Assembly: GCA_964291625.2 (NCBI GenBank)
Contig: OZ220089.1
Span: 2,944,001-3,008,000, forward strand
From: Candidatus Latescibacterota bacterium
Lineage (GTDB): Bacteria > Latescibacterota > UBA2968 > UBA8231
Reading direction: 5' to 3'
Length of the DNA: 64,000 bases
The position numbers and the translations under genes are program-made. Under the pieces are notes generated by a model, which saw only the letters and a program-made list of their open reading frames with translations, did not search any database and was not told the origin of the DNA. Below are positions 1 through 9,000 of the stretch, piece after piece (position 1 is the first letter of the stretch; each line of letters begins with the position of its first letter).

Positions 1-2
1 CC

Positions 3-203
3 CTGGAGGTGGCCGTCGCCGTCCGCGAGTCTCACCGGCGCGGCGTCGTTCGGGTCGATCTGCCTCTCCAGGACCGCGGCCTCCGCATCATTCCCAGCCA
101 GCGCCGACATGTCGGCCGCCGGGAGTCGGAAGGCAACGAGGCCTTCCTCGCCCACATCCGCGATCACAAGCGGGACCAGACCAGCGAAATGGATCCAGGA
201 TGA
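3..203 (+). CDS. C-terminal fragment of a Gfo/Idh/MocA-like oxidoreductase (runs off window start)
   Basis: LEVAVAVRESHRRG..V.LPLQDRGLRIIP aligns with the C-terminus of the 5803-6918 oxidoreductase (LEISIGLRQSHREG..V.FPIADRSQKIIP); stop overlaps next ATG (ATGA). Confidence 0.65.
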   Translation: MEVAVAVRESHRRGVVRVDLPLQDRGLRIIPSQRRHVGRRESEGNEAFLAHIRDHKRDQTSEMDPG

Positions 204-1093
204 CCTTCCCCGCCTCCGAGATGCACGCCGTGGCCGGGAGCGTCCCGGGCCGCATCGGCTTCTACGTGAAGGACCTCGAGACCGGGCTGCAGTGCGAGCA
301 CAACGCCGACGAGCCGCTGCCCACGGCCAGCACCATCAAGGTGGCGGCCCTGATCGAGGTCTTCCGCCAGGACCGGGAGGGCCGCCTGTCCCTCGACGAC
401 CGTCACCGCGTGCCCCGGGACGTCTCCGCCCAGGGCACCGGCGTGCTGCGCATCGCCCGCGATCATCCGGAGCTGACGGTGCGCGACTACTGCCGGCTGA
501 TGATGGCCGTCAGCGACAACGTCGCCACCGACACCCTCGTGGGCCTCGTGACCCCCGCGGCGATCAACGCCACCATGGAGTCCATGGGCTTCCATCAGAC
601 CCGGTTCCCCATGCCCATCGGCGTCTGGCACTACCTCATGGACGGCATCACCGCCACGCCGTCGCGGGAGAACGACGAGCTGAAGGTCGCCGGCCGGCTC
701 GGCGGCGACGGTGACCGGGAGCTGCCCTTCGTCAGCTCGCTGGACAACAACGTCGCCTCCGCGCGGGACCTCGGACGGATGATGGAGAGGATGGAGCGGC
801 GCCAGATCGTCGACGCCGGGGCCTGCGATGAGATGCTGGAGATGATGAAGCAGCCGAGGAACCCGAACCGGATCCGGCAGTATCTCAGGCCGGAGATCGA
901 GGCGGCGCGCAAGAACGGGGGCAGCCGCATCAAGGCCGACGCCGGCGTCGTCTACCTGCCCACGGGCCCCCTGGTCATCGCCGCCCTCGCTACCACCGAC
1001 ACCCGCGAGGAGCAGCAGAAGGGCATGGACGCCATCGGCGAGATCAGCCGCCTGGCCATCGCAACCCTGTCACCGGAGAGCCTGATCGAATGA
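200..1093 (+). CDS. Serine hydrolase, class A beta-lactamase-like fold, no signal peptide
   Basis: SxxK (ASTIK), SDN (VSDNVATD) and KTG-equivalent KNG motifs; 'DAGVV' strand. Confidence 0.85.
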   Translation: MTFPASEMHAVAGSVPGRIGFYVKDLETGLQCEHNADEPLPTASTIKVAALIEVFRQDREGRLSLDDRHRVPRDVSAQGTGVLRIARDHPELTVRDYCRLMMAVSDNVATDTLVGLVTPAAINATMESMGFHQTRFPMPIGVWHYLMDGITATPSRENDELKVAGRLGGDGDRELPFVSSLDNNVASARDLGRMMERMERRQIVDAGACDEMLEMMKQPRNPNRIRQYLRPEIEAARKNGGSRIKADAGVVYLPTGPLVIAALATTDTREEQQKGMDAIGEISRLAIATLSPESLIE

Positions 1094-2148
1094 ACGACAA
1101 CCGCATCGAGTGCCTCTTCCTCTCGCAGGAGGACCTGCTGAAGGCCGGCTGCCTGGACATGCGGCTGGCCATAGGCGCCGCCGAAGAGGCGATGCTCGCC
1201 TTCCGGAGGGAGGAGATCCTCTTCCCCGACAAGGTGGTGCAGATCTTCGACGAGGGTACGCAGGAGCGCATCAACTGCCTGCCCGCAACCCTGCTGACGG
1301 ACAAGGTGTGCGGGGTCAAGTGGGTGTCGGTCTTCCCGCGCAACCCCGAGAAGTACGGCATGCAGAACCTCTCCGCCGTCATCATCCTGTCCGAGATCGA
1401 GCGCGGTTTCCCCATCGCCTTCATGGATGGAACCCTGTGCTCGAACGTGCGCGTCGGAGCGATGGGGGCCCTGGCCGCCAGGCACCTGGCGCGGCCCGAC
1501 TCGAGGAGCATCGCCTTCATCGGGGCGGGGGAGCAGGCCAAGATGCACCTCATCGGCATGAAGACGGTCGTCCCCGGGATCGAGGAGTGCCGGGTCTCCG
1601 CCAAGTCGGCCGACGAGGAGCAGCAGTTCATCGAGGAGATGCGGCCCCTCTTCGCGGAGATGCGGTTCACCGCCGCGGGAACCGACGCGCGGCGGGCCAT
1701 GGAGGGGGCGGACATCCTCGTTACCGCCACCAGCGCCCAGGCCCCTCTCCTCAAGGCGGCGTGGATGAAGCCGGGAAGCTTCTACAGCCACATCGGCGGC
1801 TGGGAGGACGAGTACGCCGTGGCGAAGCAGTGCGACAAGATCGTCTGCGACGACTGGGAGACGGTGAAGCACCGGACCCAGACTCTGAGCCGCATGTACA
1901 AGGACGGCGAGTTGAAGGACGAGGACGTCCACGCCAACCTGGTGGAGATCATCGCCGGCGAGAAGAGCGGCCGGGAGACGCCGGAAGAGAGGGCCTACTT
2001 CAACGCCGTCGGCCTCGCCTACGTCGACGTGGCGATCGCCCACGCCATGTACCTCCGCGCCCGGGAAGCGGGGGCGGGACGGATGTCGAGTATCCAGGAG
2101 ACCATGATCTTCCAGCACCCGGAGCTGGCGGACTGGATCCGGATGTAG
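1090..2148 (+). CDS. Ornithine cyclodeaminase / mu-crystallin family protein
   Basis: GVKWVSVFPRNP, MDGT..SNVRVGA, IGAGEQA Rossmann motif, ADILVTATSA, FNAVGLAYVDVA. Confidence 0.9.
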   Translation: MNDNRIECLFLSQEDLLKAGCLDMRLAIGAAEEAMLAFRREEILFPDKVVQIFDEGTQERINCLPATLLTDKVCGVKWVSVFPRNPEKYGMQNLSAVIILSEIERGFPIAFMDGTLCSNVRVGAMGALAARHLARPDSRSIAFIGAGEQAKMHLIGMKTVVPGIEECRVSAKSADEEQQFIEEMRPLFAEMRFTAAGTDARRAMEGADILVTATSAQAPLLKAAWMKPGSFYSHIGGWEDEYAVAKQCDKIVCDDWETVKHRTQTLSRMYKDGELKDEDVHANLVEIIAGEKSGRETPEERAYFNAVGLAYVDVAIAHAMYLRAREAGAGRMSSIQETMIFQHPELADWIRM

Positions 2149-2151
2149 CGC

Positions 2152-3216
2152 ATGTCTTCCAGGATACTCGACAGCCGCACCATGAAACCGCTGCAGCCGG
2201 CGACGTCGCTGTGGAAGGAGTACGACCCGGCGGCCGCCCCCCGCGCCTTCAAGGCGGAAACCGCCGCCGAGGCGAGGCGCTGGCAGAGGACGACGCGCCG
2301 GGCCCTGGCCGGGCATCTCCGCCTGGAGGCGGGGGACGGCACCGCCCCGGCGCCCCGCAGGATCGAGGTGGTCGACAAGGGGGACTACCTGCGGGAGAAG
2401 ATCGTCCTGCGCACCGGCCCCCACTCGCGGATGCCGGTCTACCTCCTGCGGCCCAAGGAGGCGGAGGGCCCCCTGCCCTCGGTGGTCGCCTTCCACGGCC
2501 ACGGGTACGGCGTCAAGGACATCGTCGGCCTGTGGGAGGACGGGGGCGAGCGGGACGTTCCCGACGGCTACCACAAGGACTTCGGCGTCGCCCTGTGCCG
2601 CGCCGGTTTCGCCGTGGCCGCCCCGGAGATCTCCGGCTTCGGCGAGCGCCAGACCGACTTCTCGTACCTGGGACAGGGGCAGGGGGCGCCTTCGACCTGC
2701 GCCCACATGGCCTTCCTCGCCTTCCACCTCGGCACCTCGGTCGTCGGCATCCGCGTCTCCGACGGCTTGCGTCTCGTGGACTACCTGGAGACCCGTCCCG
2801 AGTTCGACACCGGCCGCCTCGGGGCGATGGGTATCTCCGGGGGCGGCATGCACACCTTCTTCTCCACCTGCATCGACGCGCGCATCCGCGCCTGCGTGGT
2901 GAGCGGCTACTTCTCGAGCTTCCGGGACAGCATCCTCGCCATGCATCACTGTCCCTGCAACTACGTGCCGGGCCTCGCCGAGTTCGGCGAGATGCACGAC
3001 CTGGCGGGACTCATCGCCCCCAGGCCGATGCTGGTGGAAGCCGGCACCCACGACCCGATCTTCCCGATCGCCGCGGTGCGCTCCGGCCTGGCCAGGGCCC
3101 GCAAGGTCTACGGGGTCTTCGGGGCCGGCGGGCAGGTGAGGGCGGACATCTTCTCCGGCCGCCACCAGATCAGCGGCGCCCACGCCTACGGTTTTCTCAG
3201 GGAAGCCCTCGCCTGA
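2152..3216 (+). CDS. Alpha/beta hydrolase (dienelactone hydrolase / acetylxylan esterase-like)
   Basis: FHGHG, nucleophile elbow GISGGG, HHCPCNYVPG, LIAPRPMLVEAG..DPIFP, C-terminal His. Confidence 0.85.
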   Translation: MSSRILDSRTMKPLQPATSLWKEYDPAAAPRAFKAETAAEARRWQRTTRRALAGHLRLEAGDGTAPAPRRIEVVDKGDYLREKIVLRTGPHSRMPVYLLRPKEAEGPLPSVVAFHGHGYGVKDIVGLWEDGGERDVPDGYHKDFGVALCRAGFAVAAPEISGFGERQTDFSYLGQGQGAPSTCAHMAFLAFHLGTSVVGIRVSDGLRLVDYLETRPEFDTGRLGAMGISGGGMHTFFSTCIDARIRACVVSGYFSSFRDSILAMHHCPCNYVPGLAEFGEMHDLAGLIAPRPMLVEAGTHDPIFPIAAVRSGLARARKVYGVFGAGGQVRADIFSGRHQISGAHAYGFLREALA

Positions 3217-3217
3217 G

Positions 3218-3937
3218 ATGTTCCTCGATGCTCTGAAGGATCTCTTCGGGCCCCGGCTGCTGGATGAACACCCGGACGAGTGGGGGATCACCGAGCACTG
3301 CCCGGACCCTTCCGCGATAGGCTACGCGACGACGATCACGCCGAGGTCCATCTCGGCGGCGCTCGACCTCGGAGCGGACGTGATCGTGACCCATCACGAT
3401 GCCTGGAGCTTCATGTATGAGCAGCGGGAGCGGGTGTACGAGCTGCTGCGAGAGAGCTGCCTGACCCATGTGTGGGCACACCTGCCGCTGGATCATGCGG
3501 ATTTCGGCACCTCGGCCGCCCTGCTCTCGCAGGCGGGCTGCAAGGAGGTCTGGAAGCCGACGGAGGGAGAGGTGCGGATCGGCGAGCTGCAGGAACCGAC
3601 CGATGTCGAGGGGATCCGTTCGGTCTTCGACTCCCTGCTGCGGGAACAGCCGCGGAGTCTGCACGACTCCGGTCGAGCGATCCGCAGGATCGGCTGCGTC
3701 ACCGGCGCCGGCGTCTACACGGGCTACCTCAAGGACGCCATGCCCCATGACATCGATCTCTACCTGACGGGCGAGACCAGCCTGTACTTGTGCGAGTACG
3801 CCATTCACCACGGAGTCAGCGTCCTGGTCTACTCGCACAATCATACCGAGCTGCCGGGGGTGCGGGCCTTCGCGGAGCGGCTGGGCCAGGCCCTGCAGCT
3901 GGAGGTGAAAGGACACCTCGGCGACTCGCACTTCTGA
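3218..3937 (+). CDS. Nif3-like dinuclear metal centre protein
   Basis: IVTHH, HLPLD, LYLTGE, HNHTE motifs of the NIF3/YbgI family. Confidence 0.85.
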   Translation: MFLDALKDLFGPRLLDEHPDEWGITEHCPDPSAIGYATTITPRSISAALDLGADVIVTHHDAWSFMYEQRERVYELLRESCLTHVWAHLPLDHADFGTSAALLSQAGCKEVWKPTEGEVRIGELQEPTDVEGIRSVFDSLLREQPRSLHDSGRAIRRIGCVTGAGVYTGYLKDAMPHDIDLYLTGETSLYLCEYAIHHGVSVLVYSHNHTELPGVRAFAERLGQALQLEVKGHLGDSHF

Positions 3938-3982
3938 CAGCAGACGGCCTGATCAGCGGCGCCGGGCCGCCCCCGCATCGCG

Positions 3983-4014
3983 CCCGCCTACGCACGGCCA
4001 GGCCGATGTCGCCC
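3983..4014. repeat. Imperfect direct repeat, left copy (right copy 4621-4659), flanking the TA cassette
   Basis: cccgccta-cgcacggccaggccgatgtcgccc vs cccgcctacacggaccgcacggcctggccgatgttgccc: 24 nt core with 2 mismatches plus shared cccgcctac. Confidence 0.55.
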
Positions 4015-4017
4015 TCC

Positions 4018-4046
4018 TTGACGGCCCCCCCGTCTCCGGTTATGCC
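4018..4046 (+). promoter_or_regulatory. Putative sigma70-type promoter of the TA operon
   Basis: TTGACG-17 nt-TATGCC, followed by a second TATGAC (possible operator half-site) and GGAGG RBS before GTG 4075. Confidence 0.5.
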
Positions 4047-4074
4047 TGAAGTATGACAGAAGGGAGGAAACCTC

Positions 4075-4323
4075 GTGAAGACGGCGATCTCGGTTCCCGA
4101 TGCCCTGCATGAGAGCATCGAGACCTTCATCCAGGTCACCAGGATGACGCGCAGCGAGTTCTACCAGAGGGCGGCGAGAGCCTACATGGAAAAGGGATAT
4201 GCCCGGGCGATCGCCGCCAACCTCGACCAGGTCTACGGAGGGCAGGAGACGGCCGAGGAGATCGCCTTCCGCCGTGCGGCCCTGTCCCACTTCCGGGATC
4301 TGGCGCAAGAAGAGGAATGGTAG
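4075..4323 (+). CDS. Ribbon-helix-helix antitoxin (ChpI/MazE-like)
   Basis: MKTAISVPD..F.....MTRSEFYQRA pattern; overlaps downstream PemK/MazF-like ORF. Confidence 0.8.
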   Translation: MKTAISVPDALHESIETFIQVTRMTRSEFYQRAARAYMEKGYARAIAANLDQVYGGQETAEEIAFRRAALSHFRDLAQEEEW

Positions 4324-4568
4324 TCTCCATCTCCACCGTCGTCGTTGTCTCGATCACCGGCAACCTGCGGTTGGGGCAGGCCTTCGGAAACGTGACCCTG
4401 CGGATGGGGGAAGCCGGCCTTCCGAAGGGATCCGTGGTCAACATCTCACAGATCGCAACGGTGGACCGGTCGATGCTCGACGGCCGCATCGGGTCGTTGA
4501 CCCCCGCCCGGTTCAACGAAGTGCTGCAGGGAGTCCACGCCCTGCTCAGGCCTGTGGAGACACCGTAG
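4317..4568 (+). pseudogene. mazF: PemK/MazF toxin with in-frame N-terminal deletion
   Basis: C-terminal part typical (TVVVVSITGNL..GNV.L..GEAGLPKGSVVNISQIATVD..IGSL); the usual GDIYW..GSE..RP.VV segment after MVV is absent; only 83 aa. Confidence 0.7.
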
Positions 4569-4625
4569 GGGCTGGCTACGCACGACCGGTCCGGTCGAGT
4601 CGAGCCCGGCGCGGTGGGGCCCCGC

Positions 4626-5798
4626 CTACACGGACCGCACGGCCTGGCCGATGTTGCCCAGTTGCTCCAGCGTCAGCAGGCCGTAGTTGTAGAAGGTGAC
4701 GCCGCCGGCGCCGCCCCCGCGGGCGGCGGACAGTTGCTCGCGGATCGGCTCCGCCCGCCGCATGTCGCCGGTGGGGCTGATGAACACGGTCCCGCCGTCG
4801 GCGATCATCCCCTCCAGCTCGCGGATGCGCCCGACGGGATCCTCCCCTTCGCGCAGGGTGTAGCCGAGCCGGTCCACCTGCCGGTTGACGACCGGGTCGA
4901 GATCGTTGGTCAGGGCCCGCTCCGGGCTGGCCAGGTCGGCCTGGACCTTGGCCCCCCGGGCGCGGATCAGCTCCACCACATCGAGCCAGAGATCCGTCGT
5001 CTGCCGCCGGGAGATCTCCATGTAGCGTTGCAGGCGGCCGTCGAAGGCCTCCTCGATCCAGGCGGCGGTCCCCGGCTCGTCCGCGTCCGGGTCGGCGCCG
5101 GCCGCCAGCCGGGGCCGCATCCACTCCACCAGGTCCCGCCGCAGGGACTCGGCCTCCAGGCCGGCGGCGTCGGCGAAGGCCATGGAGGCCGGGTTGAAGC
5201 ACAGGGACAGGAGCCATCGGCAGCGCTCCGGCATCTGGGCCCGCCTCTTGCCGGGCATGGAAAACCCGCGCCGGCACAGGGACTCCACCCAGACGGCGTC
5301 GGGTTGGAAGCGCTCCAGGACCTCGGCGGTGAGGGCGGCGAAGTAGTCCCGCACGTCCCGCGGGGCCGTGCTGAGCGCTCCCACGTGAGGGGTCCCGAAG
5401 GCGTCGTGGCGGGCGAACTCCGGGTAGCGTTCGGAGAGGTGGTTCTGAAAGGTGTAGACCATCCACGCGGAGAACCCCAGGCCCCGCTTGCGGATCGCCT
5501 CGACCATGCGGTCGAACCAGGCGGGGTCGGTCACCTCCCGGCTGACACGGGGAGATATCCGCGTGCCCTCGTACCGGGACAGGTCCGGGGAGAAGTAGAC
5601 GGCGCCGTTCTCGCCGTAGTAGACGGGGCGCCGCGGGTTGTGGGGCAGGTAGTACTCCGAGCGGTGGTAGCACGGGGTGAGCAGGACCTCGCCGCAGGCG
5701 GCCAGGTCGGCGATACGGTCGAGGGCGAGGTCCACGCCGTCGTCGGCCAGGTCCCACGGATAGGTGTAGAGGGATGCGAGGAAAGAGTCCGACGTCAC
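4626..5798 (-). CDS. Hypothetical protein, probable TIM-barrel glycoside-hydrolase-like
   Basis: YPWDL..G, YH..LPHNP...AVYF.P, C-terminal 'GVTFYNYGL'; GC-rich coding-like frame; follows 5803 gene. Confidence 0.55.
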   Translation of the reverse strand: MTSDSFLASLYTYPWDLADDGVDLALDRIADLAACGEVLLTPCYHRSEYYLPHNPRRPVYYGENGAVYFSPDLSRYEGTRISPRVSREVTDPAWFDRMVEAIRKRGLGFSAWMVYTFQNHLSERYPEFARHDAFGTPHVGALSTAPRDVRDYFAALTAEVLERFQPDAVWVESLCRRGFSMPGKRRAQMPERCRWLLSLCFNPASMAFADAAGLEAESLRRDLVEWMRPRLAAGADPDADEPGTAAWIEEAFDGRLQRYMEISRRQTTDLWLDVVELIRARGAKVQADLASPERALTNDLDPVVNRQVDRLGYTLREGEDPVGRIRELEGMIADGGTVFISPTGDMRRAEPIREQLSAARGGGAGGVTFYNYGLLTLEQLGNIGQAVRSV

Positions 5799-5802
5799 TC
5801 CG

Positions 5803-6918
5803 TCACCCTCCTGGCGCCGAGGCGCCGCCGAGGGGTCTGCCGGCGGCGGACTGGATCTGCTCGGCGTACCGCTCCTCGCCGAAGGTCTCCTTCTTGTTGA
5901 GATAGCGGCTCATGGCGGGGATGATCTTCTGGCTGCGGTCGGCGATGGGGAAGCGGACCGGCCCGTGGCCCTCGCGGTGGGACTGACGCAGCCCGATGGA
6001 GATCTCGAGGACCTTGCGCATGTTCTGGCCGCTGCACCGCGGCTCGATGCCCCGGTCGAGGGACTCGACGATCGACTGGATGCCGCCGCGCTGGCGGGTG
6101 CCGCTGGGGTTGATCCAGTCCTCGGGGTCGCCGAACTCGGTGAAGAAGTCCTCCTCTTCCACCAGCTTGCCGTGCGGGTCTCCCCGCCAGAGATGGCCGC
6201 TCATCCAGTTCGAGTGGTAGACGCCCTCGCTGCAGACGACCTCGATCCCCTCCATGGGCGAGCGCCGGGTGTGAATGAAGGCGTCGACGCCGTTGGCGAA
6301 GCGGATCGCCCCGCCCATGCACTGATCGTCGTCCGAGAAGGGGTCGCCGAGACACCAGCCGGTGAGCCACTCCACGTCGGCGTCGCCGGCGAAGAGGCGC
6401 AGGACGCTGAGGCCCTGGCAGCCGCCCCCGGAGATCTCGCCGGTCGACTGGTAGAGGTTGATGCTGCACACCTCCCCCAGGCCGCCGGAGTCGATGAGGC
6501 GCTTCACCTTCCAGTGCTGGGGCATGTTGCGGTAGGCGTCGCCCGAGGCGAAGGCGATGCCCCGCGACTCGCAGGCCTCGACCATGGCGTCGGCCTCCTC
6601 CAGGCTCGCCGCCATCGGCTTCTCGCAGTAGACCGCCTTGACGCCCGCCTCGGCGCAGTCGATGACGACCCCCGGGTTGGGCCTCACCGGCAGGATCGGC
6701 GCGGCGATGTCGATCTCCTCCTTGGCGAGCAGCTCCCGGTAGTCGGAGTACCCGGGCACCGGGAAGTGCTCCAGGAAGATCCCCAGGTTGTCCGCGTCCG
6801 GGTCGGCGGCGGCCACCACCTCGGTCCGCGGGTTGCCCGCGTATCCGCGGGCGTGGCCGTGCCCCTTGCGGCCGCAGCCGATGAGGGCGACGCGGTAGAT
6901 CCCGTCCTTCGTGTCCAT
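5803..6918 (-). CDS. Gfo/Idh/MocA family oxidoreductase
   Basis: IGCGRKG, YCEKPMA motif; start set at ATG 6918 after AGGAG RBS. Confidence 0.9.
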   Translation of the reverse strand: MDTKDGIYRVALIGCGRKGHGHARGYAGNPRTEVVAAADPDADNLGIFLEHFPVPGYSDYRELLAKEEIDIAAPILPVRPNPGVVIDCAEAGVKAVYCEKPMAASLEEADAMVEACESRGIAFASGDAYRNMPQHWKVKRLIDSGGLGEVCSINLYQSTGEISGGGCQGLSVLRLFAGDADVEWLTGWCLGDPFSDDDQCMGGAIRFANGVDAFIHTRRSPMEGIEVVCSEGVYHSNWMSGHLWRGDPHGKLVEEEDFFTEFGDPEDWINPSGTRQRGGIQSIVESLDRGIEPRCSGQNMRKVLEISIGLRQSHREGHGPVRFPIADRSQKIIPAMSRYLNKKETFGEERYAEQIQSAAGRPLGGASAPGG

Positions 6919-6989
6919 GGGCTTCTCCTTTCCCCTCGGTAAGCACGGGGATATCGACAAGGTACACAACCAGCCCCTTTCTTTGCGGG

Positions 6990-8981
6990 ATGGAAGACTC
7001 TGGCGCTCCCCGGCCCGCCGGGGCGCCGCGGCTGCGCTTCGTCCGGAGCATCGTCGCCGGGGCGCTGCTCTCCCTGATCATCAGCGTCGGCTTCGCCTAT
7101 TGCCGGCTGGCCCTGTCCACGGCCGGCATGAACTCGGACTACATCACCGCCGGGGCCGTGGCCGTCTTCTTCCTCGTCACGGCCTTCCTGAACCCCTTCC
7201 TCAAGCTGGTGCACCGGCCCTGGGCTTTCCGCCGGGGCGAGCTGGCCGTGGTCTACGTGATGCTCATCATCGCCTCGACCATCCCCACCTGGGGCTTCTC
7301 GGCGAACCTGATCCCCATGCTGCCGGCGGTCTACTACTTCGCCACCCGCGAGAACGAGTGGGCCGAGCTGGTCCATCCCCACATCCACAACTGGATGGTG
7401 GTCCAGGACGAAGACGCCGTCACCTACTTCTTCCAGGGCCTGCCCGAGGGAGCCTCCATCCCCTGGGGCGCATGGGTCGTGCCGCTGGCCGCCTGGCTCA
7501 CCTTCATCCTCGCCATCTACCTGATGATGATCACCCTCATGGTGCTGCTGCGCCGCCAGTGGGTGGAGCACGAGCGCCTCCTCTTCCCCCTCGTGCAGCT
7601 GCCCCTGCAGATGATCGAGGAGGGCCGGCCCGGCGACCGCTTCGGCCCCTTCCTGAAGAGCCCTCTCATGTGGGTGGGGTTCCTGGTGCCCTTCTGCCTG
7701 CTCAGCACCTACGGCCTGAACTACTACTTCCCCGTCGTCCCCAAGGTCGATCTCTACACCATCGTCGTGCCCTGGCGCGACTGGGGCGCCGTGGAGATCC
7801 TCCTGAGCTTCACCGTCCTCGGCCTCTCCTACTTCCTCAGCTTCGCCCTCTCCTCCAGCCTGTGGGTGTTCCACCTCCTCGCCGACGTGCAGATGGGCAT
7901 CCAGTACACCATCGGCTACCGGCTGTCGGGGGAGATCGAGAAGTTCATGGAGGGGACCCTGATGCTGGCCCACCAGGGCATGGGGGCGATGCTCGCCCTC
8001 ATCGGCTACGCCATCTGGACGGCCCGGGGCCATCTCAAGGCGGTGGCCGGCAAGGTCTGGCGCCCCGGCGCCGGGACGATCGACGACAGCGGCGAGATGC
8101 TCTCGTACCGGACCGCCGCCGTGCTGCTGGGGATCTGCAGCCTCTACGTCACGGTCTGGCTGACCCTGTCGGGCGTGCCCCTGTGGGTGACCGTCGTCTT
8201 CCTGCTCGTCGCTTTCGGCGTCTTCCTCTTCATGGCCCGCCTCATCGCCGAGAGCGGCCTCGGTTTCATCCGGCCCCAGATGACGGCCCAGCCGATCGTC
8301 ATCAACTTCCTCGGCACCCACAACGTCACCGCCTCGGGCCTGTTCAGCCTGGCCATGACCTTCAGCTGGGCCGGCAACCTGCGCATCCTGCTCATGGCCT
8401 CGGCGATCAACGGCATGAAGCTGGCCGAGCGCGTCGGCGCCCTGCGCCGGCCCCTGTTCTGGGCGATGACGGTGGCCATGCTGGTGAGCCTGATCTCCTC
8501 GGTCTGGCTGGTCATCCACCTCGCCTACGACCGCGGCGGCATCAACCTGGAGCTGTGGGCCTACCAGGCGATGGCCAAGAGCCCCGCCAACTTCACGGCC
8601 TACAAGATCCTGAACCCCGTGAGCCTCTTCGAGCCCTTCGACGTCATGGGCCCGCGGCTGCTCTTCACCGGTGTCGGCGGCGCCGTCATGTCCGCCCTCA
8701 TCTGGGCCCGCCACCACCTGCTGTGGTGGCCCGTGCACTACATCGGCTTCGCCGTGAGCGCCACCAACATGACTTCGGCGAGCTGGTTCAGCATCTTCCT
8801 GGGCTCGGTCTTCAAGGCCTTCATCCTCAGGTACGGCGGCATCCGCCTCTACCGCTCGTTGCGGCCCCTCTTCCTCGGTTTCATCCTGGGCCAGATCACG
8901 TGCTCCGCCTTCTGGCTCGTCGTCGACCTCATCGCCGGAGGCACCGGCAACAAGGTCCCCGTCTTCTCGCATCACTACTAA
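6990..8981 (+). CDS. DUF6785/DUF6784-like polytopic membrane protein (putative transporter)
   Basis: Many TM segments; LRRQWVEHERLLFP, WWPVHYIGF, ILRYGG..YRSLRPLFLGFILG; paralogous to 9954-11861. Confidence 0.75.
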   Translation: MEDSGAPRPAGAPRLRFVRSIVAGALLSLIISVGFAYCRLALSTAGMNSDYITAGAVAVFFLVTAFLNPFLKLVHRPWAFRRGELAVVYVMLIIASTIPTWGFSANLIPMLPAVYYFATRENEWAELVHPHIHNWMVVQDEDAVTYFFQGLPEGASIPWGAWVVPLAAWLTFILAIYLMMITLMVLLRRQWVEHERLLFPLVQLPLQMIEEGRPGDRFGPFLKSPLMWVGFLVPFCLLSTYGLNYYFPVVPKVDLYTIVVPWRDWGAVEILLSFTVLGLSYFLSFALSSSLWVFHLLADVQMGIQYTIGYRLSGEIEKFMEGTLMLAHQGMGAMLALIGYAIWTARGHLKAVAGKVWRPGAGTIDDSGEMLSYRTAAVLLGICSLYVTVWLTLSGVPLWVTVVFLLVAFGVFLFMARLIAESGLGFIRPQMTAQPIVINFLGTHNVTASGLFSLAMTFSWAGNLRILLMASAINGMKLAERVGALRRPLFWAMTVAMLVSLISSVWLVIHLAYDRGGINLELWAYQAMAKSPANFTAYKILNPVSLFEPFDVMGPRLLFTGVGGAVMSALIWARHHLLWWPVHYIGFAVSATNMTSASWFSIFLGSVFKAFILRYGGIRLYRSLRPLFLGFILGQITCSAFWLVVDLIAGGTGNKVPVFSHHY

Positions 8982-9000
8982 CCCGACAAGGAGGTCCATC

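Noticed and set aside
200-1093. Antibiotic-resistance beta-lactamase call
   Set aside because: No signal peptide, no Glu166-type omega-loop motif, catabolic operon context
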